In this document: piece after piece, positions 9,225-18,557 of the stretch | How positions within the stretch are numbered: the stretch's first letter is position 1 | Layout of the letters: each line of letters begins with the position of its first letter | Assembly (NCBI GenBank): GCA_019057475.1 | Contig: DXJO01000026.1 | Coordinates: forward strand, 1 to 58,194 | DNA from: Candidatus Thorarchaeota archaeon | GTDB lineage: Archaea > Asgardarchaeota > Thorarchaeia > Thorarchaeales > Thorarchaeaceae | DNA: 58,194 nucleotides | Direction: 5' to 3' | Translations under genes and position numbers: made by a program | The notes under the pieces: model-generated | What the model was told of the DNA's origin: nothing | Database searches by the model: none | What the model saw: only the letters and a program-made list of their open reading frames with translations

Positions 9225-9307
9225 GAGATCAATGTCGTATTGCTCCATATAAAGCCCACAATAGAATTGTCCACGTATGTCCAACTTTGCACCATCTGTT
9301 TACTACC
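9119..9307 (-). mobile_element. Complete 189-bp non-autonomous IS607-like element
   Basis: Bounded by GG at both ends (AGAG-GG-TAGTAAACAG ... AATGAAC-GG-TAGCAAT). Subterminal inverted repeat 9135-9150 / 9277-9292 (14 of 16). Right-end motif TGTC-N5-TTGTACAA is shared with the element at the window end. Removing it restores the fadD end AGA GGG TAG next to its terminator. Confidence 0.75.
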
Positions 9308-11036
9308 CTCTCTTCTTGAGTTCTTCTTCTCGCAGCTGTCGTCTCAATATCTTCCCGACGGCAGTCATTGGTAGCGAGTCTACAATCGCGACCTCACGAG
9401 GACGCTTGTATCCAGCTAGCCGCTCCTTAGCCCACGCAACGATCTCTTCCGGCGTTGCGGTTTCGCCGTCCTTTAGGACCACATACGCCTTCACGTACTC
9501 ATTGGTTGGGTCATCCTCTCGTGGCAATCCAATCACACCTGCCATCTTGATCTTGGGGTGCTCATACAGAGTATCCTCAACTTCCCGCGGGTACGCCTTC
9601 AAACCACCGACATTGATCATGTCCTTTTTCCTGTCCGAAATGGCAAAGAAGCCTTCTTCGTCCATGTGACCAATGTCACCTGTGAGGAAGTACCGCCTGC
9701 CACTAAATTCTCGGAACACCTCAGCTGTTTCTTTGGGTTTGTTGTAGTATCCTTTCATAACCTGCGGTCCACTGAGAGCTATCTCTCCAACCTCACCCTG
9801 GGGCAGCTCTTTGGATCCTGTTTCAATGTCGACGATTGTCGCATATGTGTTACTGATTGGCATTCCAATTGAACCAAACTTGCGAGTGGTCCTGGATGGC
9901 GGATTTCCGTGGGTCAACGGCGATGTTTCCGTCAGGCCATAGCCCTCAAACAAGGTGCCGCCTGCCACTGACTCAAAGAGTTTGGCCAATTCTGGAGGCA
10001 GAGGTGCGGCTCCAGACGCACAGACCTTGAGGCTTGAAAGGTCGAAATCTTTCACCTTTGGGTGATTTGCGATTCCTGCATATAGCGCAGGAACACAGTG
10101 CAGTATTGTGCCCTTGTTTTTCGCTATTGCTGCAAGCAAATCTGTCATTGGTGGTTTCCCTGCTCTTGGATCGGGGATGCAGATCACCCTATTGGCTTGA
10201 CGAACACAGGTTATCATTGTCAGCGTCAGACCGTAGCTGTGATACCACGGAAGGGCGCCCACGTATACTTCCTCACCTTCTATCAGGTTGTTAGGAGGCT
10301 CAAGTTGAGCCCACTCGTGCATCTGCTCCACATTGCTGGTCAAGTTATAGTGGGTCAACTCCGCACCTTTCGGTGTGCCTGTTGTCCCGCCAGTGTACAT
10401 AATCAAAGCTGCATCTTCTTTGGGGTTGACTGACACTTCAGGTGCCTTCGCCTCGTAGTTGGCCATGATGTCCTTGTAGAAGACGGTGATGTCCTCGTCG
10501 TAGGACGGACTCTTGGGGATTTTGCCTAGGAGACCTCCTATTACGGCTTTCATCTTCGAAATGAATTCCGCGGCGCTACAGACAACCACAGTCTTAACAT
10601 CGGTGCCCTTTATGGCTTCGTATGTTAATGGTGTGAACTTTTGATGGTCAAAGCAAAACACCGCGACAGCACCAGAATCCTTCAACTGAAAGTTCAGTTC
10701 ACGTGCCGTGTACGACGGATTGCACGTAACCGTGATTCCTCCGGCTTTCAAGATGCCAAAGAACACAGGAGGATAATGGGGCATGTTGGGTAAGAAAATC
10801 GCGACCCTATCGCCCTTCTTGATTCCTTTACTAGCAAGGAAATTAGCAATCCTATCAGCGCTCTCTCTCACCTGCGAGTAGGTCTGATTATTGCCGGCCC
10901 ACATTGTGTATATCTTTTCGCCGTACTTGTCGGCAGTCCTATCAAGCATTGCGAAGAGGGGTTCCTCTGGAAGCTCCAGAGATTTTTTCACTTTCTCTGG
11001 CCACTTTCCGCCTTTGTGCCATAACATTTCTTCCAT
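9303..11036 (-). CDS. fadD: Long-chain fatty acid/acyl-CoA ligase (AMP-forming)
   Basis: YTGGTTGTPKG, EGYGLTETSP, TGDIG, DRKKDMI..GG, LPMTAVGKILRR. Confidence 0.93.
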   Translation of the reverse strand: MEEMLWHKGGKWPEKVKKSLELPEEPLFAMLDRTADKYGEKIYTMWAGNNQTYSQVRESADRIANFLASKGIKKGDRVAIFLPNMPHYPPVFFGILKAGGITVTCNPSYTARELNFQLKDSGAVAVFCFDHQKFTPLTYEAIKGTDVKTVVVCSAAEFISKMKAVIGGLLGKIPKSPSYDEDITVFYKDIMANYEAKAPEVSVNPKEDAALIMYTGGTTGTPKGAELTHYNLTSNVEQMHEWAQLEPPNNLIEGEEVYVGALPWYHSYGLTLTMITCVRQANRVICIPDPRAGKPPMTDLLAAIAKNKGTILHCVPALYAGIANHPKVKDFDLSSLKVCASGAAPLPPELAKLFESVAGGTLFEGYGLTETSPLTHGNPPSRTTRKFGSIGMPISNTYATIVDIETGSKELPQGEVGEIALSGPQVMKGYYNKPKETAEVFREFSGRRYFLTGDIGHMDEEGFFAISDRKKDMINVGGLKAYPREVEDTLYEHPKIKMAGVIGLPREDDPTNEYVKAYVVLKDGETATPEEIVAWAKERLAGYKRPREVAIVDSLPMTAVGKILRRQLREEELKKRG

Positions 11037-11072
11037 GATTTATTCTACTCCACTACTCTCTCATCGAATCCA

Positions 11073-11184
11073 ATGACCGTATATGTCAAAAGACGGTCAT
11101 GAACCAATAGCTGGATATCACATCAGTGCTTGATATTTCCTTCTGCTTCCCTTTTTGAGCATGTTATGGCCGCCTAATGACCGT
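11073..11184. promoter_or_regulatory. Candidate operator in the divergent fadD / dehydratase promoter
   Basis: ATGACCGT (11073-11080) - N12 - ACGGTCAT (11093-11100), with a third ATGACCGT at 11177-11184. Confidence 0.55.
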
Positions 11185-11269
11185 TCAACACAACAAATAA
11201 GATGGTACGGCAACATAGGGCTCTATTACTAGTGTCATAGAGAGGACCCACGGCTGAAGGGATGATCGA

Positions 11270-12481
11270 GTGAGCAATGCACAGGCGACCGAGCAATCCG
11301 AACGGATATTGAAGCAGTTAGTTGACAAAGGCAAACCAATCTTAGGCTATGTGTATCCACACACTCCGCTTGAGATTATAATGGCACACGGCATGATGCC
11401 TGCACTCCTATTTGCGAATCCTACGGTGATGGGCTCCTACGAGGCGAGCCTGCAAACATTCGCCTGCTCTTTTATCCGAAATATGTTCAGCCAAAGAGTC
11501 CATGATCAGCTTCCGTATGTTGACGGAATAGTATTCCCTGGAAACACTTGTGATTCTCTCCAGAATCTTGCCGATATCTGGCATCTACGATTCCCCCAGG
11601 ACAAGATTTTTCGACTGACATATCCCGCAGGAGACCAGGGTGAAGCTGCTGTTCAATACTTTGCAGAAGAACTCAGAATCTTCAGCAATTCATTGCAGGA
11701 TGCGTATGGTTCCCCATTTTCTGATGATGCCTTCAGGCTGGCAGTCGATTTAGTCCAACGATTCCGCAACGCAGTCCAGTTTCTCTATGCGGCTCGGCTT
11801 CTTCAGCCAAGTTCAGTACCATACCACCGAATTGCGGCATTCGTAAGGGAGTTCCACTCAGCTCCTCTGGAAACGGTAGTTGACGAACTAAGGCCAATCG
11901 TGAATGATGTAGAGCGCAGCTTAGCGGAAGCAGGACGGGTCGACTCCACTAAGGCATTGCAGCACGCCCTTCTGGAGCGAAAATTAGAGGATGTTTCGCT
12001 TCCATCTGATTTGCCCACTCCACGAATTGCCATAGTAGGAGGAATGACCGAACCGCAGGCGATAGCTGAATTGGTCAACGCCGTCTCGAAAGTTTCAAGC
12101 ACTGCAATTGTGTTTGACTTACTCTCGTTTGGTTTCAAGACGATATTTACACCAATGCCGGCATTAGAGGGTGATTCATTCGAAACTATGGCACGTTCAG
12201 TGCTCGGTGCTCTGCTAGAGCCCACACAAGAAGGCCTCCCGAAGCGTCTTGAATTCCTAAAGGATGTACTCACTCACTTGGCCATTGATGGGCTGATAGT
12301 GTGTGAACAGTCTTTCTGCGATCCAGATGTGTTCGAGGCACCGTCGCTCCTAGCAGTTGCATCAGAGGTTGGGGTACGGTCTGTACGGCTTCCGGTTGAC
12401 CCGGAATTCTCGGATCGTGCACGACTAGAAGGGAGAATCCAGAGCTTCCTAGAAACTCTCGCACACGGGGGTGCAGCGTGA
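11270..12481 (+). CDS. 2-hydroxyacyl-CoA dehydratase / benzoyl-CoA reductase family subunit (HgdB/BcrC-like)
   Basis: LQTFACS, NTCDSLQNL, QSFCDP, RIQSFLETL. Confidence 0.85.
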   Translation: MSNAQATEQSERILKQLVDKGKPILGYVYPHTPLEIIMAHGMMPALLFANPTVMGSYEASLQTFACSFIRNMFSQRVHDQLPYVDGIVFPGNTCDSLQNLADIWHLRFPQDKIFRLTYPAGDQGEAAVQYFAEELRIFSNSLQDAYGSPFSDDAFRLAVDLVQRFRNAVQFLYAARLLQPSSVPYHRIAAFVREFHSAPLETVVDELRPIVNDVERSLAEAGRVDSTKALQHALLERKLEDVSLPSDLPTPRIAIVGGMTEPQAIAELVNAVSKVSSTAIVFDLLSFGFKTIFTPMPALEGDSFETMARSVLGALLEPTQEGLPKRLEFLKDVLTHLAIDGLIVCEQSFCDPDVFEAPSLLAVASEVGVRSVRLPVDPEFSDRARLEGRIQSFLETLAHGGAA

Positions 12482-13683
12482 TGTCAGAGAAGGCGTACAG
12501 AGTACTGGAATCTCATAATTTCCTACAGGGTGTAATGTACCGCTATATGCTAGAAGGACATGCTGCGAGTGAAGAAGGTAAGCTGGCATGGGTCACCTCC
12601 GGATTTCCCGTGGAGATTCCTGTTGCAATGGATGTGGGCGTATCATATCCTGAACAGTACGGGGCTATCGTTGGCTCAGAAAAGGTTGGTCCCAAGCTGT
12701 GTGGATATGCAGAGGAGTTAGGTTACTCGCAAGAGCTCTGCTCCTACGCTCGGGCGAGCATCGGATCTGTGAAATATCCCGAAGAGAGTCCATTGGAAGG
12801 ACTTCCAGCCCCCCAAGCGCTATTGGCATGCAACAACATCTGTGGAACTGTCCTGCGATGGTACGACGCCATTTCTCAAATGATTGGCGCTCCCGTATTC
12901 CTTGTAGACACACCCCCTCTTGAGGGGGAACAGCTTCCTCACCATATTGCCTATGTTCGTCATGGTCTTGATAACCTGGTTAGCTTTCTGAGTGAGCAAT
13001 TCGGCACAACACTAAAAGAGGATAAGCTTCGTGAAGTGACGGACCTATCAACAGAAACTATCGGCGTTTGGACACAGTGCCTCGAGGCGTGCAAGAACAA
13101 GCCCTCTCCTCTCAACTGTGCAGACCGCTTCTTGGCGATGGCTCCGGTCGTCGCTATTCGTGGGAGGGACTACACCTTGGAATACTATCAGACGCTTCTC
13201 AATGAGGTCAAGGACCGAGTTGCCAACGGTCTTGGGGCAATACGTGACGAAAAGGTCCGACTTCTCTGGGATAATATTCCTCCATGGTTCCGCGTATTCC
13301 GCATTATGGGATCACTTGCTAAGAGGGGCGTGGTCTTCCCCGCGGATACCTACACACATGCGTGGACAGGGTCGTTCAAGGACGAGGACCGGATGGATAG
13401 CATTGCATCTATGTACTCCAACGTATACCTGAATAAGGGACTCGAGGCCAAGATCGACAAGATGTGCGGTCTCATAAAGGACTATGACTTGGATGGCTTT
13501 GTCATGTTCTCTGTCAGGTCATGCAAACGCTATTCCTTGGGACAGCTCGTATCAAAGGAACTCGTATCGGAGAGAACCGGGGTGCCTGGAGTAGTCATAG
13601 AAGGCGATATGGTTGACTCGCGTCTCCAAAACGATGCGCAGGTGGAAACTCGTTTGGACGCACTGTTGGAGATGTTACTGTAG
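12481..13683 (+). CDS. 2-hydroxyacyl-CoA dehydratase / benzoyl-CoA reductase family subunit (HgdA/BcrB-like)
   Basis: YPEQYGA, GYSQELCSYAR, NNICGT..WY, RSCK, IEGDMVD.R, ETRLDALLE. Confidence 0.88.
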   Translation: MSEKAYRVLESHNFLQGVMYRYMLEGHAASEEGKLAWVTSGFPVEIPVAMDVGVSYPEQYGAIVGSEKVGPKLCGYAEELGYSQELCSYARASIGSVKYPEESPLEGLPAPQALLACNNICGTVLRWYDAISQMIGAPVFLVDTPPLEGEQLPHHIAYVRHGLDNLVSFLSEQFGTTLKEDKLREVTDLSTETIGVWTQCLEACKNKPSPLNCADRFLAMAPVVAIRGRDYTLEYYQTLLNEVKDRVANGLGAIRDEKVRLLWDNIPPWFRVFRIMGSLAKRGVVFPADTYTHAWTGSFKDEDRMDSIASMYSNVYLNKGLEAKIDKMCGLIKDYDLDGFVMFSVRSCKRYSLGQLVSKELVSERTGVPGVVIEGDMVDSRLQNDAQVETRLDALLEMLL

Positions 13684-13695
13684 GTTGCGATTGCT

Positions 13696-14493
13696 TTGAT
13701 ACAAGAATCGAAAATGGGCATCGGTCTTGATCTCGGTTCCACAACCACTAAGGGGGTCCTTGTGGATAAGAGTGGCAAAGTCATTGCGGCCCACCTGATA
13801 CCTACGGGAGCGATAGCATCCAAGGCTGCAGAAACTGTTCTCGAAGAGCTGACAAAACTCTCTCAACTCGAATTGGGCGATGTTTCTACGGTGAGCACTG
13901 GATATGGAAGAACACAAGTGAAGTTCGCGCACGAGTCAATCACGGAGATAACCTGCCATAGTGTGGGAGCCCATAATCTGAACCCGGGCATCAAACTCCT
14001 CATTGACGTTGGTGGTCAGGACTCAAAGGTAATACGCATCGGTTCGAATGGCAGACCAACTGACTTCGAACTCAACGATAAGTGCTCAGCAGGCACGGGT
14101 AGATTCCTCGAAGTCATGGCAAGGGTTCTAGAGGTTTCAATTGACGAGCTTGGCCCACTCGCGCTGAAGTCGAAATCTCCATGTCCAATCAGCAGCACCT
14201 GTACAGTGTTTGCTGAGAGTGAGGTTATCGGGCGTATTGGCTCTGGAGAGAGTCCGGCAAATATCGCGGCAGGGGTTCACCAAGCAATGGCTGCAAAGAT
14301 CAGCACATTATCACGACGTGTTGGTATAGCTTCTCCAATTGGCGTGACAGGGGGCGTCGCACGCAACCCAGCGTTTCGCAACTATCTCTCCGCGGCACTG
14401 AACTGTGACCTTTGGATGCCCGAAGAGCCACAGCTGACAGGGGCTCTTGGTGCAGCAATCCTTGCTATTGCGAGAGCATCCGATACAGTATGA
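13696..14493 (+). CDS. ATP-dependent CoA-substrate enzyme activase (HgdC/BcrAD family)
   Basis: GLDLGSTTTK, TGYGR, TEITCH, DVGGQDSK, NDKCSAGTGRFLE, CTVFAESE. Confidence 0.95.
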   Translation: MIQESKMGIGLDLGSTTTKGVLVDKSGKVIAAHLIPTGAIASKAAETVLEELTKLSQLELGDVSTVSTGYGRTQVKFAHESITEITCHSVGAHNLNPGIKLLIDVGGQDSKVIRIGSNGRPTDFELNDKCSAGTGRFLEVMARVLEVSIDELGPLALKSKSPCPISSTCTVFAESEVIGRIGSGESPANIAAGVHQAMAAKISTLSRRVGIASPIGVTGGVARNPAFRNYLSAALNCDLWMPEEPQLTGALGAAILAIARASDTV

Positions 14494-14679
14494 TTCATTA
14501 AGATTCTCAATTGAGAGCGCCTAAGTTCGTGTTCCGATTCGGATTTCTGTCGCGCTGTGTATCTGCGTGGTCAAAGATATCAGTCGGGACACTATGATAT
14601 GTTTCCTGACCGCCAAAGATAATAAGAAAATCTAATGCGGGCGGACTCGATATACACAGTTGAGTTGTGGTGATTCTAC

Positions 14680-15024
14680 TTGGACCTAATCCTTGGATTT
14701 GCTCTCGTACTCGTTCTGAGTCTGCTTTTCGCAGGAGTGATCATTCTATTGGGTAGGTCTGTGGCACCTAAGGCACGGACAACTGGAGCCGCAGTTGAGT
14801 CGTACGCCTGTGGTGAACCAGCCTTTGAGGGTGGCAAGATACAGTTCAACCTGCCCTTGTTCAACTATGCTCTCTACTTCCTGTTCTTTGAGAGCCTCGG
14901 GTTTGTCCTATTCCTCTCCTGGCAGAGTCCTGGACTGGTTGTGATTGCTTATCTGCTCGTGACACTCGTTGCTGCAATGTACGTTTCGCTCACTCCAAAA
15001 GAGCTAGGACAGGAGGCTGTGTAG
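14680..15024 (+). CDS. NuoA-like membrane subunit
   Basis: Three TM helices, ESYACGE loop, YALYFLFFE. Confidence 0.8.
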   Translation: MDLILGFALVLVLSLLFAGVIILLGRSVAPKARTTGAAVESYACGEPAFEGGKIQFNLPLFNYALYFLFFESLGFVLFLSWQSPGLVVIAYLLVTLVAAMYVSLTPKELGQEAV

Positions 15025-15678
15025 ATGGGCTTTTTCCAGAAATTAGTGAACAAGGCGCGTGTAAAATCACCATTCGTTTTCCACTTCAACTCAGGCAGCT
15101 GCAATGGCTGTGACATTGAAATAATTGCGTCGCTGATGCCCAGAATTGACATCGAGCGTTTCGGCATGAAGCTAGTCGGAAGCCCGCGTCATGCTGATAT
15201 CATGCTCGTGACCGGGCCTGTATCCCATCAGATTGCACCACGACTGAAGCGAATCTACGACCAGATGGCTGAACCAAAGTTCGTGGTGGCAGTGGGTTCC
15301 TGTGCTTGTAGTGGAGGCGCATTTCGTGGTGGCTATGCAACGTTGGGAGGCGTAGATCAAGTTATTCCTGTGTCTGCTTACATCCCGGGATGTGCTCCCA
15401 AGCCGTCAGCCATCGCATATGGCGCGTACAAGCTCCTTGAGCGCCTCTCGGAAGTGTGGGATCTGGTGGAATCCATCCCTATAGAGAAGATTCCAATCCG
15501 AAAACACAAGCGCAAGGCTGATTTCTTGCCTCATGATCTTGATGATATGGACCCCCCACCAAGCTCAGTGATTCAGGAGTTATTTGCACCTGACGGTGAC
15601 GAGTCAAAGAACCGGCCGCTAATTTCAGAGGATGACCCCACGATAAGAACGCGAAAGGAGTCAAAGAAAGATGAGTGA
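15025..15678 (+). CDS. Group 4 [NiFe]-hydrogenase small subunit (NuoB/EchC-like)
   Basis: GSCNGCDIE, SPRHAD, VGSCACSGG, IPGCAP; acidic C-terminal extension. Confidence 0.92.
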   Translation: MGFFQKLVNKARVKSPFVFHFNSGSCNGCDIEIIASLMPRIDIERFGMKLVGSPRHADIMLVTGPVSHQIAPRLKRIYDQMAEPKFVVAVGSCACSGGAFRGGYATLGGVDQVIPVSAYIPGCAPKPSAIAYGAYKLLERLSEVWDLVESIPIEKIPIRKHKRKADFLPHDLDDMDPPPSSVIQELFAPDGDESKNRPLISEDDPTIRTRKESKKDE

Positions 15679-16234
15679 TATAGAGGCAGAGAAGATTACT
15701 GAGCATCATCCAGCGCCAAGAGAGGGCCACGAGGCTGAGTATGAGCTTCTGGAAGAGATAATGGGTGATCTCAAAGACTCAATAATCGAAGAAGGCACCT
15801 ACGTCCACAAGCAGCCAAGGAGAATCTTTGTGCAGATTCATCCCGAGAAGATACGAAACGTAGTCCGGCACATGCTCGACAAGTACGAAATGTGGCAGTT
15901 CATTACTGTTTCAGGGAGAGACTTGGGCGATGATCTTCAGGCATGTTATCACTTCGTCATCAATGACAGGAAGATAGCCATCACGTTCAGACTCAATGTA
16001 CGGAGAAACAAGCCAGAGCATCCGACGATTTCAGATCTGGTCCCCGCTGCCGAGTTCATAGAGAATGAAGTGCGGGAGTTATTCGGCATAGTGCAGGTCG
16101 GTCATCCCAATGTTCGCCGCATAGAGCTTCCCGAGGACTGGCCGGCAAATGAATACCCGATGCGGAAAGACTGGGAAGATCTGCGAGGCCTGATGAAGAA
16201 GTCTAGGACCACGGGTCCCAAGGAGGGGGTCTGA
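15671..16234 (+). CDS. NuoC/EchD-like subunit
   Basis: PTIS..PAAEFIENEVRELFGI..GHP and LPEDWP..YPMRKD. Confidence 0.9.
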   Translation: MSDIEAEKITEHHPAPREGHEAEYELLEEIMGDLKDSIIEEGTYVHKQPRRIFVQIHPEKIRNVVRHMLDKYEMWQFITVSGRDLGDDLQACYHFVINDRKIAITFRLNVRRNKPEHPTISDLVPAAEFIENEVRELFGIVQVGHPNVRRIELPEDWPANEYPMRKDWEDLRGLMKKSRTTGPKEGV

Positions 16235-16235
16235 G

Positions 16236-17462
16236 ATGACCTCAGCTGGCAAGAGGATTGTTATTCCTCCTCGAGTGACAATACCAATCGGACCACAGCA
16301 TCCGGCTCTGAAGGAACCAGGGATGTTCAAGCTCACTGTGGAGGGTGAACACATTGTTGATGCAGTGGTGAACATTGGCTACAACCATCGGTCAATAGAA
16401 AAGATTGGCGAAAACAACACACACCTTCAGAACCTCTACCTTGCGTCACGTATCTGCGGCATATGTTCTGCTACCCATAACGGGAACTACGCTCAAGCCG
16501 TGGAATTCGCCGCTGAGGCGGAGATTCCAGAGCGTGCCAAGTTCATTCGTACGCTGATCTGGGAATTAGATCGAATACACAGCCATATTCTGTGGCTCGG
16601 AGTAGCCTTCCACGAAGTGGGCTTTGATACAGCATTCATGCTGTCCTGGCGTGATCGAGAGATTGTCATGGACATGCTAGAGAACATTTCTGGGAACAGA
16701 ATTCACCATGATATGAGCACGATAGGCGGAGTCCGAAGAAACATATCCGATGTCCAGAAGGAGCAGATGCTAAGGGGCTTTGACAAGCTTGAAGAACGAA
16801 TGGCCTTCTACCGCGATGTTGCGATACATGAGAAGACGTTCTGGAATCGTGTTGATGGCGTTGGCATGCTTGAAGCTCCAATCGCAAAGAAGACGAGTGC
16901 TGTTGGACCCACCGGCAGAGGCTCTGGTCTTAAGGTAGATGTCAGGTTCAATGACCCAACGCAGGCTTACATCCCAATGATGGATACGGGTGACTTCGAG
17001 ATGATCCTGTCGGACAGGGGTGATGTGGCAGGTAGAGCAGTAGTCAGAGTAATTGAAACAATCGAAGCCATCAATATGAGCAGATGGCTCTTGAACAACA
17101 TGCCTGATGGACCCATTCGTGAGAGGGTGCGGCCCAGAATACAACCCAATGAAGTGCTTGCTAGGCATGAAGCACCCCGCGGCGAGCTAATCCACTACTT
17201 GGTCACAAATGGCACAAACAAGCCGGACCGGTGGAAGGTGCGTGCACCTACCTACAATAACTGGACTAGCATGGCACACTGCCTACGTGGCGATTACCTT
17301 GCAGATGCGCCAATCATTCTTGCGGCTATTGACCCCTGTTACAGTTGTACTGACAGGGTAGTAATAGTCGATGGGAATGACGAAACTATGCGATTGGTCT
17401 CTTTGGACAACCTCAGAATAGAGAGCAACAAGTGGCACAAAGAACATCCAAGAAGGGAGTGA
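16236..17462 (+). CDS. Group 4 [NiFe]-hydrogenase large subunit (NuoD homologue with Ni ligands)
   Basis: GPQHPAL, RICGICS (L1), EAPRGE, DPCYSCTDR (L2), followed by a C-terminal extension. Confidence 0.93.
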   Translation: MTSAGKRIVIPPRVTIPIGPQHPALKEPGMFKLTVEGEHIVDAVVNIGYNHRSIEKIGENNTHLQNLYLASRICGICSATHNGNYAQAVEFAAEAEIPERAKFIRTLIWELDRIHSHILWLGVAFHEVGFDTAFMLSWRDREIVMDMLENISGNRIHHDMSTIGGVRRNISDVQKEQMLRGFDKLEERMAFYRDVAIHEKTFWNRVDGVGMLEAPIAKKTSAVGPTGRGSGLKVDVRFNDPTQAYIPMMDTGDFEMILSDRGDVAGRAVVRVIETIEAINMSRWLLNNMPDGPIRERVRPRIQPNEVLARHEAPRGELIHYLVTNGTNKPDRWKVRAPTYNNWTSMAHCLRGDYLADAPIILAAIDPCYSCTDRVVIVDGNDETMRLVSLDNLRIESNKWHKEHPRRE

Positions 17463-17463
17463 A

Positions 17464-18555
17464 GTGCAGACACCTTTGGACGTGACAATTCAACTGCTTG
17501 CCCAAACACTTGCTGTGTTCGTATTTCCGGGCATCCTGTTCATAACATTCCTCGCTCTGCTCTGGCAGTGGATTGACAGAAAGGCACATGCACGCTTTCA
17601 GAACAGGTTTGGTCCTCTTCACACGGGCTGGCGGGGTATTCTCCAACCGCTAATGGACTTTCTTAAGCTCCTGGGGAAGGAGGACCTCACTCCGAAGGCG
17701 GCCGATAGAAAGAGCTTTGCGGCAGTGCCTGTTGTCATGCTGGTTCTGAGTCTTGTAAGCGCCATGTTCCTTCCTATTGTTGACATGGACCCTGGGACTT
17801 CCGGTGTTCAGGGCATACTCAGTTTCGAAGGCGACCTTGTTTTCCTGTTATTCCTATCAACGCTGATGGCTGTCACGATTGTTCTAGCAGGCTACTTCTC
17901 TTCGAATCGTTATGGTCAAACGGGATCTGCGAGGACTGGCATGCTACTAATCAGTTTCGAGATACCGTTGATTCTTGCTCTGGTGACTCCAGCATTACTC
18001 ATAGGGAGTTTGCGCCTCTCAATAATCACACACGAGTTATCCAAACTTTCCCCTGCTTACATTTGGTTAATGATCCTCCCCTTCATCATCTATGTTATTT
18101 CTCTTCAGGCTGAGCTTGAGAGAATTCCCTTTGATGTTAGTCATGCTGAGGTAGAAATCGTGCATGGTTGGCAGGTCGAGTTCAGCGGAAAGAAGCTAGC
18201 CATGATTAACTTGGCTGAGGACATTATGTTGGTATTCGGCGCTGGCATGGTGACTGCGCTCTTCTTGGGAGGGCCCCTATTGCTAGAGTTCATACCGATT
18301 CCACTGTTCTCAGTAGAGTTTGCAGGATTCATGGCCACTGAATGGGTGGGATGGGTATACTACACTCTGGTGTTCATGTTCAAGTCTGCGCTGGTGATTA
18401 TTGTCTTGAGCAATATGCGAACTGCTTTTGCTCGATGGAGAATAGACCAGATTGTCCGGGCCGCTTGGAAGTTCATGGTTCCCTTAGCCATTATCAACTT
18501 GGTTCTCGTGCAGATTGCACTCACATACATTTTTCCGATATTAGGAGTGGTGTAG
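17464..18555 (+). CDS. NuoH/EchB-like membrane subunit
   Basis: DRK..ARFQNRFGP, LQPLMDFLKLLGKE, RIPFD..AE.EIV.GW.VEFSG. Confidence 0.92.
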   Translation: MQTPLDVTIQLLAQTLAVFVFPGILFITFLALLWQWIDRKAHARFQNRFGPLHTGWRGILQPLMDFLKLLGKEDLTPKAADRKSFAAVPVVMLVLSLVSAMFLPIVDMDPGTSGVQGILSFEGDLVFLLFLSTLMAVTIVLAGYFSSNRYGQTGSARTGMLLISFEIPLILALVTPALLIGSLRLSIITHELSKLSPAYIWLMILPFIIYVISLQAELERIPFDVSHAEVEIVHGWQVEFSGKKLAMINLAEDIMLVFGAGMVTALFLGGPLLLEFIPIPLFSVEFAGFMATEWVGWVYYTLVFMFKSALVIIVLSNMRTAFARWRIDQIVRAAWKFMVPLAIINLVLVQIALTYIFPILGVV

Positions 18556-18557
18556 AA

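Noticed and set aside
9116-9295. 59-aa minus-strand ORF MVQSWTYVDNS, and the 89-aa ORF 8881-9150 as intact genes
   Set aside because: They run through the element's end motifs, TATA box, hairpins and the fadD terminator; the non-coding explanation fits better.
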